Virus record (IMG/VR): IMGVR_UViG_3300041955_000247
Span: 12,452-76,451 of that record
Source of the DNA: a virus
DNA length: 64,000 nt
Reading direction: 5' to 3' (one strand)
The number at the start of each line of letters is the position of its first letter. The stretch's first letter is position 1. The position numbers and the translations under genes are program-made. A model generated the notes under the pieces. That model was not told the origin of the DNA, ran no database searches, and was given only the letters and a program-made list of their open reading frames with translations. This document shows, piece by piece, positions 47,551 to 57,849 of the stretch.

Positions 47551-48555
47551 TCACAGGTGCAGGTCGTTGTTCTTGTTGGCCCACTCAAGCCACGCCTTGG
47601 TGTCGCACAGCGTGCTGTCTCGCTTGGTGGCGTCCAGTGCGGTGACGGTTTCAAAGTCACGGCCGAACTCACTGCGCTGCACGTATGAGACAATACCCGC
47701 AAAGTTCTGCCGCGTGGCGAACCTAGCCAGCATGGAACTCAGCGCATACTTGCTTGAGGGTTCCTTGGGAATGGGGGCCTTCTTGGGGTTGGCCAGGATC
47801 TCATCCAGTGACGGCAGGTTGAGGCCCTTCATGTAGACCTCGAACTCACCGGCCGCACCCTCACCCACAAGCCCGGCGACCAGCCGGAACCGCAGTGAGG
47901 CATCCGCATGCACGCATTTGGCAACACGCGCCCAGGCGCGCGGGGTAGGGAACGCCCGCAAGTCAGCGCCTTCCATGCTGTACAGCAGGGCAGGGCGGAA
48001 CCTGATGAAGCCGGGGATCAGCGGGTCAATGTCGTTGGCATTGCACCACTCAATGAAGGCTTCAGGGTCGCTACGCACATCCACGTGCGCGAACCTATTG
48101 GCAAGCGCAGTGGACATGGTGACCGCAGCGGCGCGGTCCTCACGCCGGTTGCCTGCCGCGCAACGGTAGCAGTTCTCACCCAGTTCGTGCGGCCCTGCCC
48201 TGCCGTTGAGGATCAACTGGTAAGCTGCCGACTGCATCACCCGGCTGATGTCGGCAATTTCATCAAACAAGATGATGCAGGGTTCCTTGCTGCCAACCTT
48301 GGGCATCCACGCCGGGCGGTTCCATTGGGTCACGCCATTGTTGATGGATTGCAAACCGAGAAGGTCCACGGGGTCCATGGTCGCAAGCCTGAGATCAATC
48401 AAGGCGCGTTTTGACTGCTTTGCAATCTGCTCCCAACACTCACTCTTTCCGACCCCTGGAGGGCCACTAAGCAGTACAGGGATGTTCTGCTGCATATAGA
48501 ATATGCACAGTTCCCGTGCACTTTTGATCGTTTCAGTAAGCTTGTTCTCAGCCAT
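47551..48555 (-). CDS. MoxR-like AAA+ ATPase
   Basis: GPPGVGKS, LFDEI, AAGNR, ALANRF, PTPRAW; upstream of vWA gene. Confidence 0.88.
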   Translation of the reverse strand: MAENKLTETIKSARELCIFYMQQNIPVLLSGPPGVGKSECWEQIAKQSKRALIDLRLATMDPVDLLGLQSINNGVTQWNRPAWMPKVGSKEPCIILFDEIADISRVMQSAAYQLILNGRAGPHELGENCYRCAAGNRREDRAAAVTMSTALANRFAHVDVRSDPEAFIEWCNANDIDPLIPGFIRFRPALLYSMEGADLRAFPTPRAWARVAKCVHADASLRFRLVAGLVGEGAAGEFEVYMKGLNLPSLDEILANPKKAPIPKEPSSKYALSSMLARFATRQNFAGIVSYVQRSEFGRDFETVTALDATKRDSTLCDTKAWLEWANKNNDLHL

Positions 48556-48590
48556 GATAGGCTCTCCTTTGGTTTGAGTAGATTAGCACA

Positions 48591-49457
48591 CTAAGCGAGA
48601 TACGCGCCAACTTTTCTTGCGAGCTTTTCAGCCTTGGTTGCGACTTGCTTTCTGACCTTGGCATCGCTGCGCAAGATCTCAGGGCTGTGTTGCACAAGAT
48701 CAGCCTTCAATTGCTTGGCCAGATCATCCAACCGCTTGTCGTCAGCTATATTCAACGACGGCAAGAGGTCAGCAAGCTGGGCGACGTTATACACAAGGCT
48801 GTCTCTGAATGTGCCTTCCTGACCTTCAGCACCCTCATAAGCATTGAGCCGCTCGGCCATCTTTCCGGTAACAGCCACCACCCGCTCAAATACGTCCTTG
48901 ACGGCGTTCTCAATGCGCTCCTGAGTTCGCCGTTCAATATCTTTCGTGATGGCTTTCAGGGTGTTGTCCGCAAGCTTGGTGCGGAAGTCACCTGCGTCCG
49001 GTATTGGTTTGATTTCTACGTCGACCACGTAGCGCTTCGCGACTTCACCGGCATCCGGGTAGTCAGCCTTGTTGAACATGGTGCCAAGCCGTGTCTTGGC
49101 CTCCTTGATATGTTCGTCAAAGCTGGCTGCGAACTCCTTGGCGGCTGCTTCCACGGCCAGCCGGTGAAGGCGCATCTGCTGCGTGTAGTGCATGTAGCCC
49201 TGTGCGCTGAGAATACGCGCGCTGTCGTCCCACGGTAAGGTCAGCAACTTGTGGGTTTGCCGCGTCACGGCAATCTTGCCCAGCACCTTGCGCAAGGCTT
49301 TTTTCGACACAAGCTGCTTGCTATACCTGCCTGAGTCCTTCAGGTCAGCGTTGTGGCTTTCAGCCGTTTCCTCAGTCACCTGACGGTCCACCGCTTGGCC
49401 CGACCACGCGCTGAGATGAAGGCTGCTCAACATTGCCCTATCTTGTAGCTTAACCAT
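48591..49457 (-). CDS. Helical protein associated with MoxR/vWA (DUF3150-like)
   Basis: TLPW...RIL, F...DYP pattern; context. Confidence 0.55.
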   Translation of the reverse strand: MVKLQDRAMLSSLHLSAWSGQAVDRQVTEETAESHNADLKDSGRYSKQLVSKKALRKVLGKIAVTRQTHKLLTLPWDDSARILSAQGYMHYTQQMRLHRLAVEAAAKEFAASFDEHIKEAKTRLGTMFNKADYPDAGEVAKRYVVDVEIKPIPDAGDFRTKLADNTLKAITKDIERRTQERIENAVKDVFERVVAVTGKMAERLNAYEGAEGQEGTFRDSLVYNVAQLADLLPSLNIADDKRLDDLAKQLKADLVQHSPEILRSDAKVRKQVATKAEKLARKVGAYLA

Positions 49458-49821
49458 GATAGTCTCTCCTTTGTTAACGAATCACGCTCCACCGCCTGAA
49501 GTCCGGAGCGTGCTGTTTTGCATCTTCAGGCGAAATTCTGAGGCCAATGCGCTTGTGTCTGTCGAACACTTCCAGTACCACCGACCCATCCTCATTGAAC
49601 ATGACGGCCAAGCCTTCACCTTGTAGCAACGTCTTTTCCTTGCTGCTGCCATATGTGCATGAGAAAGCGGTGCTTGGCGTTGCCTCAATTAGCTTCACAC
49701 GTTCACGCATTGTTTAGCCTTTGCTGCCCCTAGGGCGGTCATTGAATGGGGTTATGCCGCAGGGTGCCATGTAACGGCACCCACAAAAACGTCAATGGGC
49801 GGTCAATTATGAGGGTTTGGC

Positions 49822-50271
49822 CTATATGCAGTTGTCTATCAGCCACATGACCACGGCAGCTTGGTGCTTCTTAGCCACATGAACGCGGTACAATGCGCTG
49901 TCCGTACCGGCACCCTCAATCCAACTGAGACGCACCATTGGTTGTCCAACCAAGTGCCTAAATACTCGACTGCCTAAAGCAGTGCCAAAGACGCGCACGA
50001 CCTTCTTGACCCGAAGCATCAAGCTTTCAAACTCATCGTTTTCAAGGGAAAACTCAAGCTTTGAGATAATGGCTGCAACTGGCCGCGCAACTTTTCCCCT
50101 GAAAAGGCAGCTACGGACCCTTTCAACCGGGACGAACGGCAACAGGCCGGGATGCAGATGAGCATACCTTTGCTCACCGCTATGGGTCCTGACCTGATGG
50201 CAGATGATCTGCATTTCCTGGTGCGTGAGCCGGTCCAGAAATTGGGTCATCTTGGGTTCGTTGTTCTTCAT
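49822..50271 (-). CDS. Hypothetical protein
   Basis: ORF track, operon spacing. Confidence 0.5.
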   Translation of the reverse strand: MKNNEPKMTQFLDRLTHQEMQIICHQVRTHSGEQRYAHLHPGLLPFVPVERVRSCLFRGKVARPVAAIISKLEFSLENDEFESLMLRVKKVVRVFGTALGSRVFRHLVGQPMVRLSWIEGAGTDSALYRVHVAKKHQAAVVMWLIDNCI

Positions 50272-50274
50272 GAC

Positions 50275-50514
50275 TTACCCCGCATTGAAGCTGGCGCAGA
50301 TGACGCCTGCTTTCGTGCCTTTCTTTGCAGTTCCAATCAACTCAACCTTGACCTTATCAGGGCCGGAACACCACGCGCCGTATTGCTTTCCGAACTTTTC
50401 ATACTCAGAAGGCATCGTGTTCCTGGCCGCGTCTTCAGTTTCAGCGGCAACCACAGCGCTGTCGTAGGTGTCATAGCCGTTGTTTTCGTCTTGAGATATA
50501 AACCACAGCTTCAT
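50275..50514 (-). CDS. Hypothetical protein
   Basis: YDTYDSAVVAA...VICASFNAG; AGGAG RBS. Confidence 0.6.
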   Translation of the reverse strand: MKLWFISQDENNGYDTYDSAVVAAETEDAARNTMPSEYEKFGKQYGAWCSGPDKVKVELIGTAKKGTKAGVICASFNAG

Positions 50515-50577
50515 CACACAGCTCCTTTGCAAGTGTTCCCTGAAGCCCACCAGATGAGTGGTGGGCTCTAGTAACAC

Positions 50578-51087
50578 TCAGGCAGCTTCCTTCTTCAGCG
50601 CGTCGGCGTAGAAGTCGTCAAACGTGCCGTTGAAGATCAGGTTCTCACCGACTGGCCCGGTGTACTTGTTGTCCACCCACCAATTGCCGGTGAACGCCTT
50701 GACGTGCAGCTTGGTCTTGGCCTGCCACACTTCGTAACGGTACTCAATGTCGCTGCAATTCTTGCACGCGACAAGTGTAGGATCACCCTGCGGCATCATG
50801 CGGACACCGCCGCCGTTCCCGCCATGCTTCTTGTACTGACCATTGACGCCGTAGTCGGCCCACCACTCGAGCAGTTGTTCCTTGGTCTCAATCCAACTGC
50901 CCATTTTGCCAGCGGCGATGAACGCCGTGGCAAAGGCATCAGACTCATAGCGGGGCAACGGCCACGCGAACAGGTCCATGGCCATCTTGATGGTTCTTGC
51001 AGCACCAGACACATAACCGTCATGGTGTTTGTAGACGTTCCAGTCACCTTCGTTGCCTTTGAAAGTGTAGAGTGCACGTGTCGACAT
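50578..51087 (-). CDS. Phage early hypothetical protein
   Basis: MSTRA...VYKHHDGY...DIEYRY; AGGAG RBS. Confidence 0.7.
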   Translation of the reverse strand: MSTRALYTFKGNEGDWNVYKHHDGYVSGAARTIKMAMDLFAWPLPRYESDAFATAFIAAGKMGSWIETKEQLLEWWADYGVNGQYKKHGGNGGGVRMMPQGDPTLVACKNCSDIEYRYEVWQAKTKLHVKAFTGNWWVDNKYTGPVGENLIFNGTFDDFYADALKKEAA

Positions 51088-51148
51088 GATCGTAGCTCCT
51101 TTGTTGCTAGGGTTTCACCAAGATGCACGGTGTAGTTTCCTAGGTTTG

Positions 51149-51373
51149 TTAGTTGGCAAGTTCGAGTTTGATAATTTCGTTAGCTTCCTCAGCTAACACA
51201 CCCATTGAAGTAAGCAAATCGTACATGTAGTTTTGAGCATGGTTGTTTTTCAACCCTCTACGAAATTGTTCGAGTGCCTTTACTACTTGTTTGTGCTGCT
51301 CTTCTGTTAAGCGGTCTTCCCAATATTCAAGCATCTTCGTCATGGTGTGTTCCTTTTTGTAGTATGCGTTCAT
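51149..51373 (-). CDS. Hypothetical protein
   Basis: AGGAG RBS with ACTATCATG leader. Confidence 0.5.
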   Translation of the reverse strand: MNAYYKKEHTMTKMLEYWEDRLTEEQHKQVVKALEQFRRGLKNNHAQNYMYDLLTSMGVLAEEANEIIKLELAN

Positions 51374-52424
51374 GATAGTTCTCCTTGTTGAAAATTGACT
51401 AACAGGTGGGGCGCAGAACAAGCGCCGCCACCCAAATTCTTGGTATGTTCCAACTTCAAGCCTTGTTTGCCTGCCAATCAAAGCAATGCGGCGCGGCATT
51501 GGTCAAGGTGTATTCGTTGGTGAGTGTTCTTGTTCACCTTCAGCTATGGTCAGGGTCAACGGTTGCGGCACCAAAACGAGCACCCAAGTATGACGCGGGG
51601 AACGCCCGGTTCACCTTGTGGAAGGGTGACAATTTTACGTTTGGGCTGCTGAGAATTACGGTAAATGGTGCGGCTAGGAACCGTTGCCATGTGACCGGCA
51701 AACGCCATTGCGCGGCAGTGCAGCTTGGATCAGCTTATGGGCATACGATTAGCTTGGTTGCCCCGTGACGCAGCCAGCCAGATGCTTAAAAGCACCCGCC
51801 AAACCGCTCGCGCCTGTTGCAGCGCGGCCCTTTAGGGGGACGGGTATTTTGCCTTCCAATTGCTTGCCGCTTAATGACGCTAGAACCTAGGGCCGTTATC
51901 TACTTTATTGTAACCAATGGCCCAAGCGTACACCCGGTTATCGTTGCGTGACTTTTTACGTTCACGTTTTGCATGGTAGTGAACACGGCCAAGCAAAGCG
52001 TTCTCAGCGGGCAATTTAGGCCCGCTAAGCCGCTTCTTTGATTGACCGTATTGTGGTGCACGCATTGTCAGTTCATTCCGTCAAGTGCAGCGTGCGGGTT
52101 TGTGCCCGCTTGATTGGCAACGGTTGAGGTTTGCCCGTTATTGTTCATAGGCCGCGCTGTGCACTGGCGCGGCTCAGCTAGGGCGCTAGGCCCTATTGAA
52201 ACATGACCGGCCAAAACCCCAAACCAATGGGATTGCCTGCCATACAACGCGCATTGCACCACATTTCAAACGAATAAACCACGGCTAAATACGAGTTAAT
52301 TGGCCTCGCAAATTCAGCTTGAAAGTTCGGGCAAAGTTTGATTTGCTCACCATGTTGCCTACCGCTTCAACAGTAAGAGGAGGCCTTGTCAGTCGACACA
52401 TTGACCATCCCCAGACTTGGAGTG

Positions 52425-52455
52425 GAACCGGCAGTCCCCCAACTGCCGGTTCTTT
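52425..52455 (+). terminator. Perfect 11-bp hairpin, terminator-like
   Basis: GAACCGGCAGT-CCCCCA-ACTGCCGGTTC-TTT. Confidence 0.55.
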
Positions 52456-52558
52456 CATGTGGAGCAGATGAGAAATGCCCAGCGATCCGGTTCTGGCTCT
52501 TGTCATCGTCGTGATCGTGATCTACGCGATACTATGCAAAAAGCCATGATCCAGAGCC

Positions 52559-52771
52559 ATGCCCACCAAATCCTTGGATGATCTGCGTCTGGAGCTGAAG
52601 ATGTACGACGCGCTGCCGGTTGCGGTCAGGCAAATGATCCAGAACGCCGATGTGATCCCCGGCGACATAGTGGAAGCGACATTCAACGCCATGATCGCCA
52701 AGGGCTTCCCCGAGGATGCGGTGCTTGAGATCATGCGGCAACGCTTGACGTTCACCAAATTCAGTCGCTAA
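52559..52771 (+). CDS. Hypothetical protein
   Basis: YDALP..VR motif. Confidence 0.45.
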   Translation: MPTKSLDDLRLELKMYDALPVAVRQMIQNADVIPGDIVEATFNAMIAKGFPEDAVLEIMRQRLTFTKFSR

Positions 52772-52852
52772 TTTTCGTATTAAGTTCGGCTATAATTTGC
52801 TACCATTGCACAATGCCCATAATGGGGCAGCACTCAAACCTAGGGATGTGCT

Positions 52853-53095
52853 ATGCGGCTTGACCCCACATATTATCGCCACGTGACCTATCATGTGGTA
52901 GAAATCACCAAGCAGAACATTGACGCGCTGCTGGATGCTGGCCTTGTTGAGGTTCACATGAAGAACGGCAACTGGTGGAAAATCAGGCGCAATGGCCAAA
53001 CCAAGCGCTGGAAGCGTGATACCAACCGGATCAAAGTGCCGTTCAAGATGGGACTGTATGGCTATGGTGCCATCACCGAAACCGATTTTGTGTGA
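52853..53095 (+). CDS. Hypothetical protein
   Basis: RRNGQTKRWKRD..R..VP.K.GLY. Confidence 0.6.
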   Translation: MRLDPTYYRHVTYHVVEITKQNIDALLDAGLVEVHMKNGNWWKIRRNGQTKRWKRDTNRIKVPFKMGLYGYGAITETDFV

Positions 53096-53098
53096 ACC

Positions 53099-53743
53099 AT
53101 GTGGTATGACGTAAGGTACCGCGCGATCAGCTACCGGCAAATCCAGAGCGGTGTGAGCGAGCAAAATCACCGCCTGAGCTGGTGCAAGACACCGGCATCG
53201 TCCAAGGCTGAAGCTCTGGAAACATTTGGCAAGCACGGCTATTCCATCGCTACGGATGAAAAATGGGAAAGCTTGTTTGTGCGCGAACTCAAACACGAAT
53301 GGGACACGGGCGACAAAGGCTATTGGTACGACAAGTGGCGAACCGCAATGACTGCCATGCCGGTCAAGATCATGCAGCACAAGCATGAGAACTGGACGGT
53401 GGTGCCCAAGGGCAATACCAGATTACCGGAATTTATTGAGCGACGCGCCAAGGGCACCATGCAAATAGTCGAAGGCGTGATACTTGAGAAGTCGGTGTCC
53501 TACACCAGCCACGAATACGGCCGCGCCTCAGCACTAGGAATACTGCTTGGCTACATCACGTGGACAGGCAAAGACCACAAGAGGAAGCGTGCGAACTCAT
53601 GCGCCATGCTGGGACGTAAAATACCTGAGAGCAGCAGGCCCAGATCAGCACAGGCCAGGGAACTGCTGAGCAAGCTGGGAACCATGGATCAGGCCACGAT
53701 CAAGGCCATGCTGGATGAAAAGCGTAAGGCAATGAACCAATGA
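53099..53743 (+). CDS. Hypothetical protein (FIE..A.G family)
   Basis: PEFIERRAKG. Confidence 0.55.
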   Translation: MWYDVRYRAISYRQIQSGVSEQNHRLSWCKTPASSKAEALETFGKHGYSIATDEKWESLFVRELKHEWDTGDKGYWYDKWRTAMTAMPVKIMQHKHENWTVVPKGNTRLPEFIERRAKGTMQIVEGVILEKSVSYTSHEYGRASALGILLGYITWTGKDHKRKRANSCAMLGRKIPESSRPRSAQARELLSKLGTMDQATIKAMLDEKRKAMNQ

Positions 53744-53905
53744 AGAAGCGCAAGTTCTATGCAGCCATGACCCAGGATGGCGAGAAGTCCTTCTGGGAAG
53801 AATGCGACCAGAAGGATTTCAAGGTGTTTGAGTACATAGAAGCGCTGGCAAGGAAGACCGTGATCCAGATCAACGGGAAGCTTTACCGGTACAAGACTGA
53901 GAAGC

Positions 53906-54235
53906 ATGATGGATGAAGAACTCAAAGCCACGAACTATTGGTGGACGAACTCAGCGCTGGAAGCAGCCGCGAAGCTGATCCCACAAGATCATGCCAAGGA
54001 AGACCCGTGGGTCTGGAGGACGCTGGACCGCAAGGTGAGCGTGCCTGAATTTATTGAGGGGCGGGCCAGGGGCAGGATGCGGCTGTTCAATGGGGAAGTG
54101 CAGGAACACATTCAAATTAGCTGGCAGGAATACGAAGTAATCATGAGCGTGATGATGATGGAACGGATGAAGGCAGCCAATGATCTCATGGTTGATATGA
54201 TGAATGACAAACTGTACGGGGACGACAAGAAGTGA
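53906..54235 (+). CDS. Hypothetical protein (FIE..A.G family)
   Basis: PEFIEGRARG. Confidence 0.55.
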   Translation: MMDEELKATNYWWTNSALEAAAKLIPQDHAKEDPWVWRTLDRKVSVPEFIEGRARGRMRLFNGEVQEHIQISWQEYEVIMSVMMMERMKAANDLMVDMMNDKLYGDDKK

Positions 54236-54510
54236 AGAACCAGCCAAGCACGGTTGAGATCATCAGGTGTACGTTGAGGAACCTGCAAGGGGATTATTGT
54301 TTCATGCCGGGCGCGGCTGAGCGAATAGCGGATCAATTGGACAAGGATTGGTTTCAGCAGGATCAGTATGCGTTTGGCTGGGTAGATGAAGCGGAAAGAC
54401 TAATCAGTAGTGAAAAACTCACGCTGAAGAAGCTGGAAGAACACAATGTCACGATCAAGACACTAGTAGGGTGGCAAATGTGGATGCTATTCAGGGATGA
54501 AATGGTATGA
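54232..54510 (+). CDS. Hypothetical protein
   Basis: GTGA/ATGA coupling. Confidence 0.5.
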   Translation: MKNQPSTVEIIRCTLRNLQGDYCFMPGAAERIADQLDKDWFQQDQYAFGWVDEAERLISSEKLTLKKLEEHNVTIKTLVGWQMWMLFRDEMV

Positions 54511-54740
54511 AGAACCCTTTCAAGTACAACAAGGCCAGACAAACCTTGGAATCAATTGATCCCTGCAAACCCATCCCTGAATTTGTAGTCAGCGATGGAG
54601 CATACTGGACACCGCTCAAGGCTGAGATCAGCACGTTTCAATTCATTGAAGGCAATGCGCGGGGTCAATTGAAGATGATCAATGGGAAGGTGCATATCAA
54701 TGTGAAGGACTATATTGGCTATGGCGACTCCAAGCCTTAG
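54507..54740 (+). CDS. Hypothetical protein (FIE..A.G family)
   Basis: FQFIEGNARG. Confidence 0.55.
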   Translation: MKNPFKYNKARQTLESIDPCKPIPEFVVSDGAYWTPLKAEISTFQFIEGNARGQLKMINGKVHINVKDYIGYGDSKP

Positions 54741-54863
54741 TTGGAGGTTCGAGAGAAGCATCTTGGTGTCGAAGTGTCTTAAGACACTTTGGACACTGGG
54801 ATTAGCGGAGTGGTGGGTGGAATAGGGGGTAGAATCGTTGGGATGTGCTTGGATGTGGAGCTA

Positions 54864-55215
54864 GATGAGAACCCCCATGGAATCCCCCAGATGAATGTGG
54901 ACTGCGAAGACACTGGATGAGCTTATTCACGCTTGACAATGACTGTCCAGATTGATACCTTCGCAGTCGCTTAGACGATGCTAAGCAACGCCTTAGCGCC
55001 TACGTAGGCTGCTCCTTCCAGACACCGACGAACCTTGCGGATGAGCTTAAATGCTCCTGTCGATGAGCTTAGCTTGGTTCGTCGCATCTTCTGGACTCCG
55101 ACTCAGATGAGCTTGTCGTGATCCAGAAGTTGCAGATGAGCCTTTTGGATGAGCGGATGAGTTATCGGGAGGAAGCGCTATCGTCGCGAAGAAACGGACG
55201 ATGCAGCGCGATGAG
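54864..55215 (+). repeat. Dispersed GATGAG(CTT) direct repeats, 9 copies
   Basis: At 54864, 54916, 55040, 55062, 55106, 55135, 55148, 55156, 55210. Confidence 0.75.
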
Positions 55216-55509
55216 AAGATTAAAATCAATGAAATGAAAGCGTACCAGCCGCCCCCGCATTTGCGCGGGGGCAACCGGGCACAAAGTAGCATTTCACCAA
55301 GCTATCATTTTACCATACTGACAATGTGTGATGCCTGCCTTAGCTAAGGCTTTGATGCAATCACTTATGACAGTTTCAGCCTCAATGCCGGTATCATTTT
55401 GGGCACTCACTAGCAACTCAAGCATTGCTAATAGTAAGGCAGCCGGTATTGTAATCATGTTGCACCTATGAAAGCGGGGTCAGCATTGGCGCTGACCCCT
55501 GATTTGCCG

Positions 55510-56004
55510 TTAGGCGGTCATTTCAGCCTGTTGGCCTTCACTGACCGTAGGGGCCTCACTGGTAGGCGTTTCAACGGCCGCCGCTGGGGTAGCCTTTGAC
55601 CGTTTGGCCTTACCCTTGGCCTTGGCAACGGGTTTGTCACCCGTCACCTTTTCAGCGGCCTTTGCGCCATGCAGGTCAACAAATTGCTGACCCTTGGGCG
55701 CTAGCGTAATGACGTAAGCGCCGCTGACCGGCTCACGTGTGAAAAGCTTGGCCGCAATCAAGTCACGCATATGATTGAGTTGCGGCGTAGCCTTGCCGTC
55801 AAAAAGCGCGCTTGCCAGCTTGATTTGCTTGCCGCTCACGCCACCGTCACGCAACGCCATTGCCACGGCCATTGACTGTTTGCCGGGGCGGCCAAAAACG
55901 TGAGCAAGGGCAAGCTGCGCCTCAGTAGGCGCTTTGCCCAGGTCAGCCTTTGACCATGACTGCATGACGTTGGTGTAGTAACTGATGTGTTTCACTTGTG
56001 CCAT
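55510..56004 (-). CDS. Early hypothetical protein, Lys/Ala-rich tail
   Basis: ACTATCATG leader; followed by GGGGTCAGC/GCTGACCCC hairpin near 55476-55499. Confidence 0.6.
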   Translation of the reverse strand: MAQVKHISYYTNVMQSWSKADLGKAPTEAQLALAHVFGRPGKQSMAVAMALRDGGVSGKQIKLASALFDGKATPQLNHMRDLIAAKLFTREPVSGAYVITLAPKGQQFVDLHGAKAAEKVTGDKPVAKAKGKAKRSKATPAAAVETPTSEAPTVSEGQQAEMTA

Positions 56005-56262
56005 GATAGTTTCACCATTGGTTTGCAGCGTTGCACCATTGCCCCGCTGCCTCATACACCACAGGGCTAAGCCGCCGGGCGTACTTGCTGGCGCTTGATA
56101 TTGCCGCGCCAACAAATACACACTAGCACGGCATTGTATAAAACACAAGTGATTTATTCATGCGTGGTGAGCATACCCCTATGCGTTTTCGTTTGTAGTC
56201 AAGTGCGTTGAAACGTGCTAGGGTGGTGATGCTAACAAACACTCACACAAGGGCACAAAATC

Positions 56263-56481
56263 ATGGCAATCAAACCCATCACCATACCCGTACCCGTGCC
56301 GTGGCTGGTGACCACGCTCAAAACGCTGGCTGCCGTTGAAACCATGCTGGGTGAACTAGCTGAAATTCACAGTCACGCTGGCGGCATTGAATTGGGCACA
56401 ACCACCTTGACCAGCGGCGTGACTTGCGCCCTGCTTGATGCAGGCATTGACCCTGAAACCGGCTACCCCCTCACTAAGTGA
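56263..56481 (+). CDS. Hypothetical protein
   Basis: Divergent from the 56004 gene. Confidence 0.45.
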   Translation: MAIKPITIPVPVPWLVTTLKTLAAVETMLGELAEIHSHAGGIELGTTTLTSGVTCALLDAGIDPETGYPLTK

Positions 56482-56835
56482 TGGTTACCACGCCCCGCGC
56501 CAATGCGGGGCACCACCACACCGCGCCGACGACAGCGCGCGAACGACGAACCTACGACACAAGGACACAGACCCCCCGAAGCACGACACCGCCCCGTGGA
56601 CAGCGCGGCGCGATGAGATGAAAATGGTCACCCCCCATGCCATATGCGTTGCAAGACACCGCTGGATTGCTGAGCAATAAATTGACTTTCATATCGTTTA
56701 GACACTAGAACACCAGAACCCGTCCGCAATAGTGGGCAAAAATTCCAAAGTGTTATCGTTTAACTGGTTCCTAGCTTCTGCTGGACAATGATCTCAGGTT
56801 CTTGTAATTGATCCGCGAACTTGAGAGGTACCTCC

Positions 56836-57063
56836 ATGCCCAAGATCAATTACGTGGTCCTAGCCACCGTGAAAGCGGTGCATGAAGGCACTGAGGTCGT
56901 CGGCGTTGGCTTCTCAGGCGGCAAGGTCAGCTTTGCCCGCAAGTCCAGCGGCTGGTTCGTCAATTTTGAGCATTCTCACGAAGCCCTGTATTTAGGCGAA
57001 GAAAAGCCGGAATTGAATCCCGGTGATAAGGTCAAGATCACCTTTGAGCGTTTGGCTGCCTGA
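56836..57063 (+). CDS. Hypothetical protein
   Basis: GAGG RBS, ATG 56836. Confidence 0.55.
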   Translation: MPKINYVVLATVKAVHEGTEVVGVGFSGGKVSFARKSSGWFVNFEHSHEALYLGEEKPELNPGDKVKITFERLAA

Positions 57064-57267
57064 GACGTACTAGGCTTGCATGAGCAAGGTCTACTTTGCC
57101 TGGGTTCAGGTTGGTTCGCGGGTCAACCCCCAAAAATGGTATGGGGTTCCGGTATCCGGTTCCGGTTCGCTGAGGCAGGAACCCCTGTGGCTCAAGGAAC
57201 TTGATGCTCCTGAGGTCGATCTTGATCTTGACACCCTGAAAGCCAAATACCCGTTTGAAGGTGCAAA

Positions 57268-57546
57268 ATGAATGTCTCGGTTGAGATCACCTGTCCGGGT
57301 TGCCGGTTGGGCAGAACCCCCATGCTTCGCAGGCTGACCAAGCCCTATTATATCTACCATGGCGGTGAAGAAGCTTTCATGCTTTGTGAAAGTTATGATT
57401 CTGAACTCCGCTGGGTTGGCGATCCTTTTGGCTGGTATCAGTTCGCTTGGCTTCCCGTGCAATGCCGCAACGGCTACTGGCGCTGGTTGCGCTGGGTAGA
57501 ACGCCACGGCGACGGGACGTATTCACTTGGCAACAGGGCGCACTGA
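57268..57546 (+). CDS. Trp-rich hypothetical protein
   Basis: W..FAWLPV...G.WRWL.WVER. Confidence 0.5.
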   Translation: MNVSVEITCPGCRLGRTPMLRRLTKPYYIYHGGEEAFMLCESYDSELRWVGDPFGWYQFAWLPVQCRNGYWRWLRWVERHGDGTYSLGNRAH

Positions 57547-57849
57547 ATGAGCATTACCCGTATTATGCCTCATATGTACGTGTTCACGCCGTTTGGCGTG
57601 GCCGAGGCGCATTTCCTTGAGACACCGGAAGGCTTCGAAACCAACAGCGTGTGGACCTGCTTCCAGGTGGAGACCAAGGAATGCTGGCAATGGCCCACCC
57701 CCATGATCCGCATTTGTGAAAGTATCTCCGGCATGCGTGATGGTGAATATACGCCGTTCAACATCAACGATACCTACTTTGCGACCTTGCTTCCTCACAT
57801 TTTGCGGCATAAATGGTCGCCGTTCTATGATCGGGCAAAGAAGCAATGA
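57547..57849 (+). CDS. Hypothetical protein
   Basis: TPFG.A.A.FL...W.CF...T.ECW.W. Confidence 0.55.
   Translation: MSITRIMPHMYVFTPFGVAEAHFLETPEGFETNSVWTCFQVETKECWQWPTPMIRICESISGMRDGEYTPFNINDTYFATLLPHILRHKWSPFYDRAKKQ

Noticed and set aside
46675-49238. Long plus-strand ORFs opposite early genes
   Set aside because: Shadow frames of well-supported minus-strand genes, with no motifs or RBS.
51400-52520. tRNA or structured ncRNA genes
   Set aside because: Hairpins are present but I could not recognise a cloverleaf or known family; needs tRNAscan-SE/Infernal.
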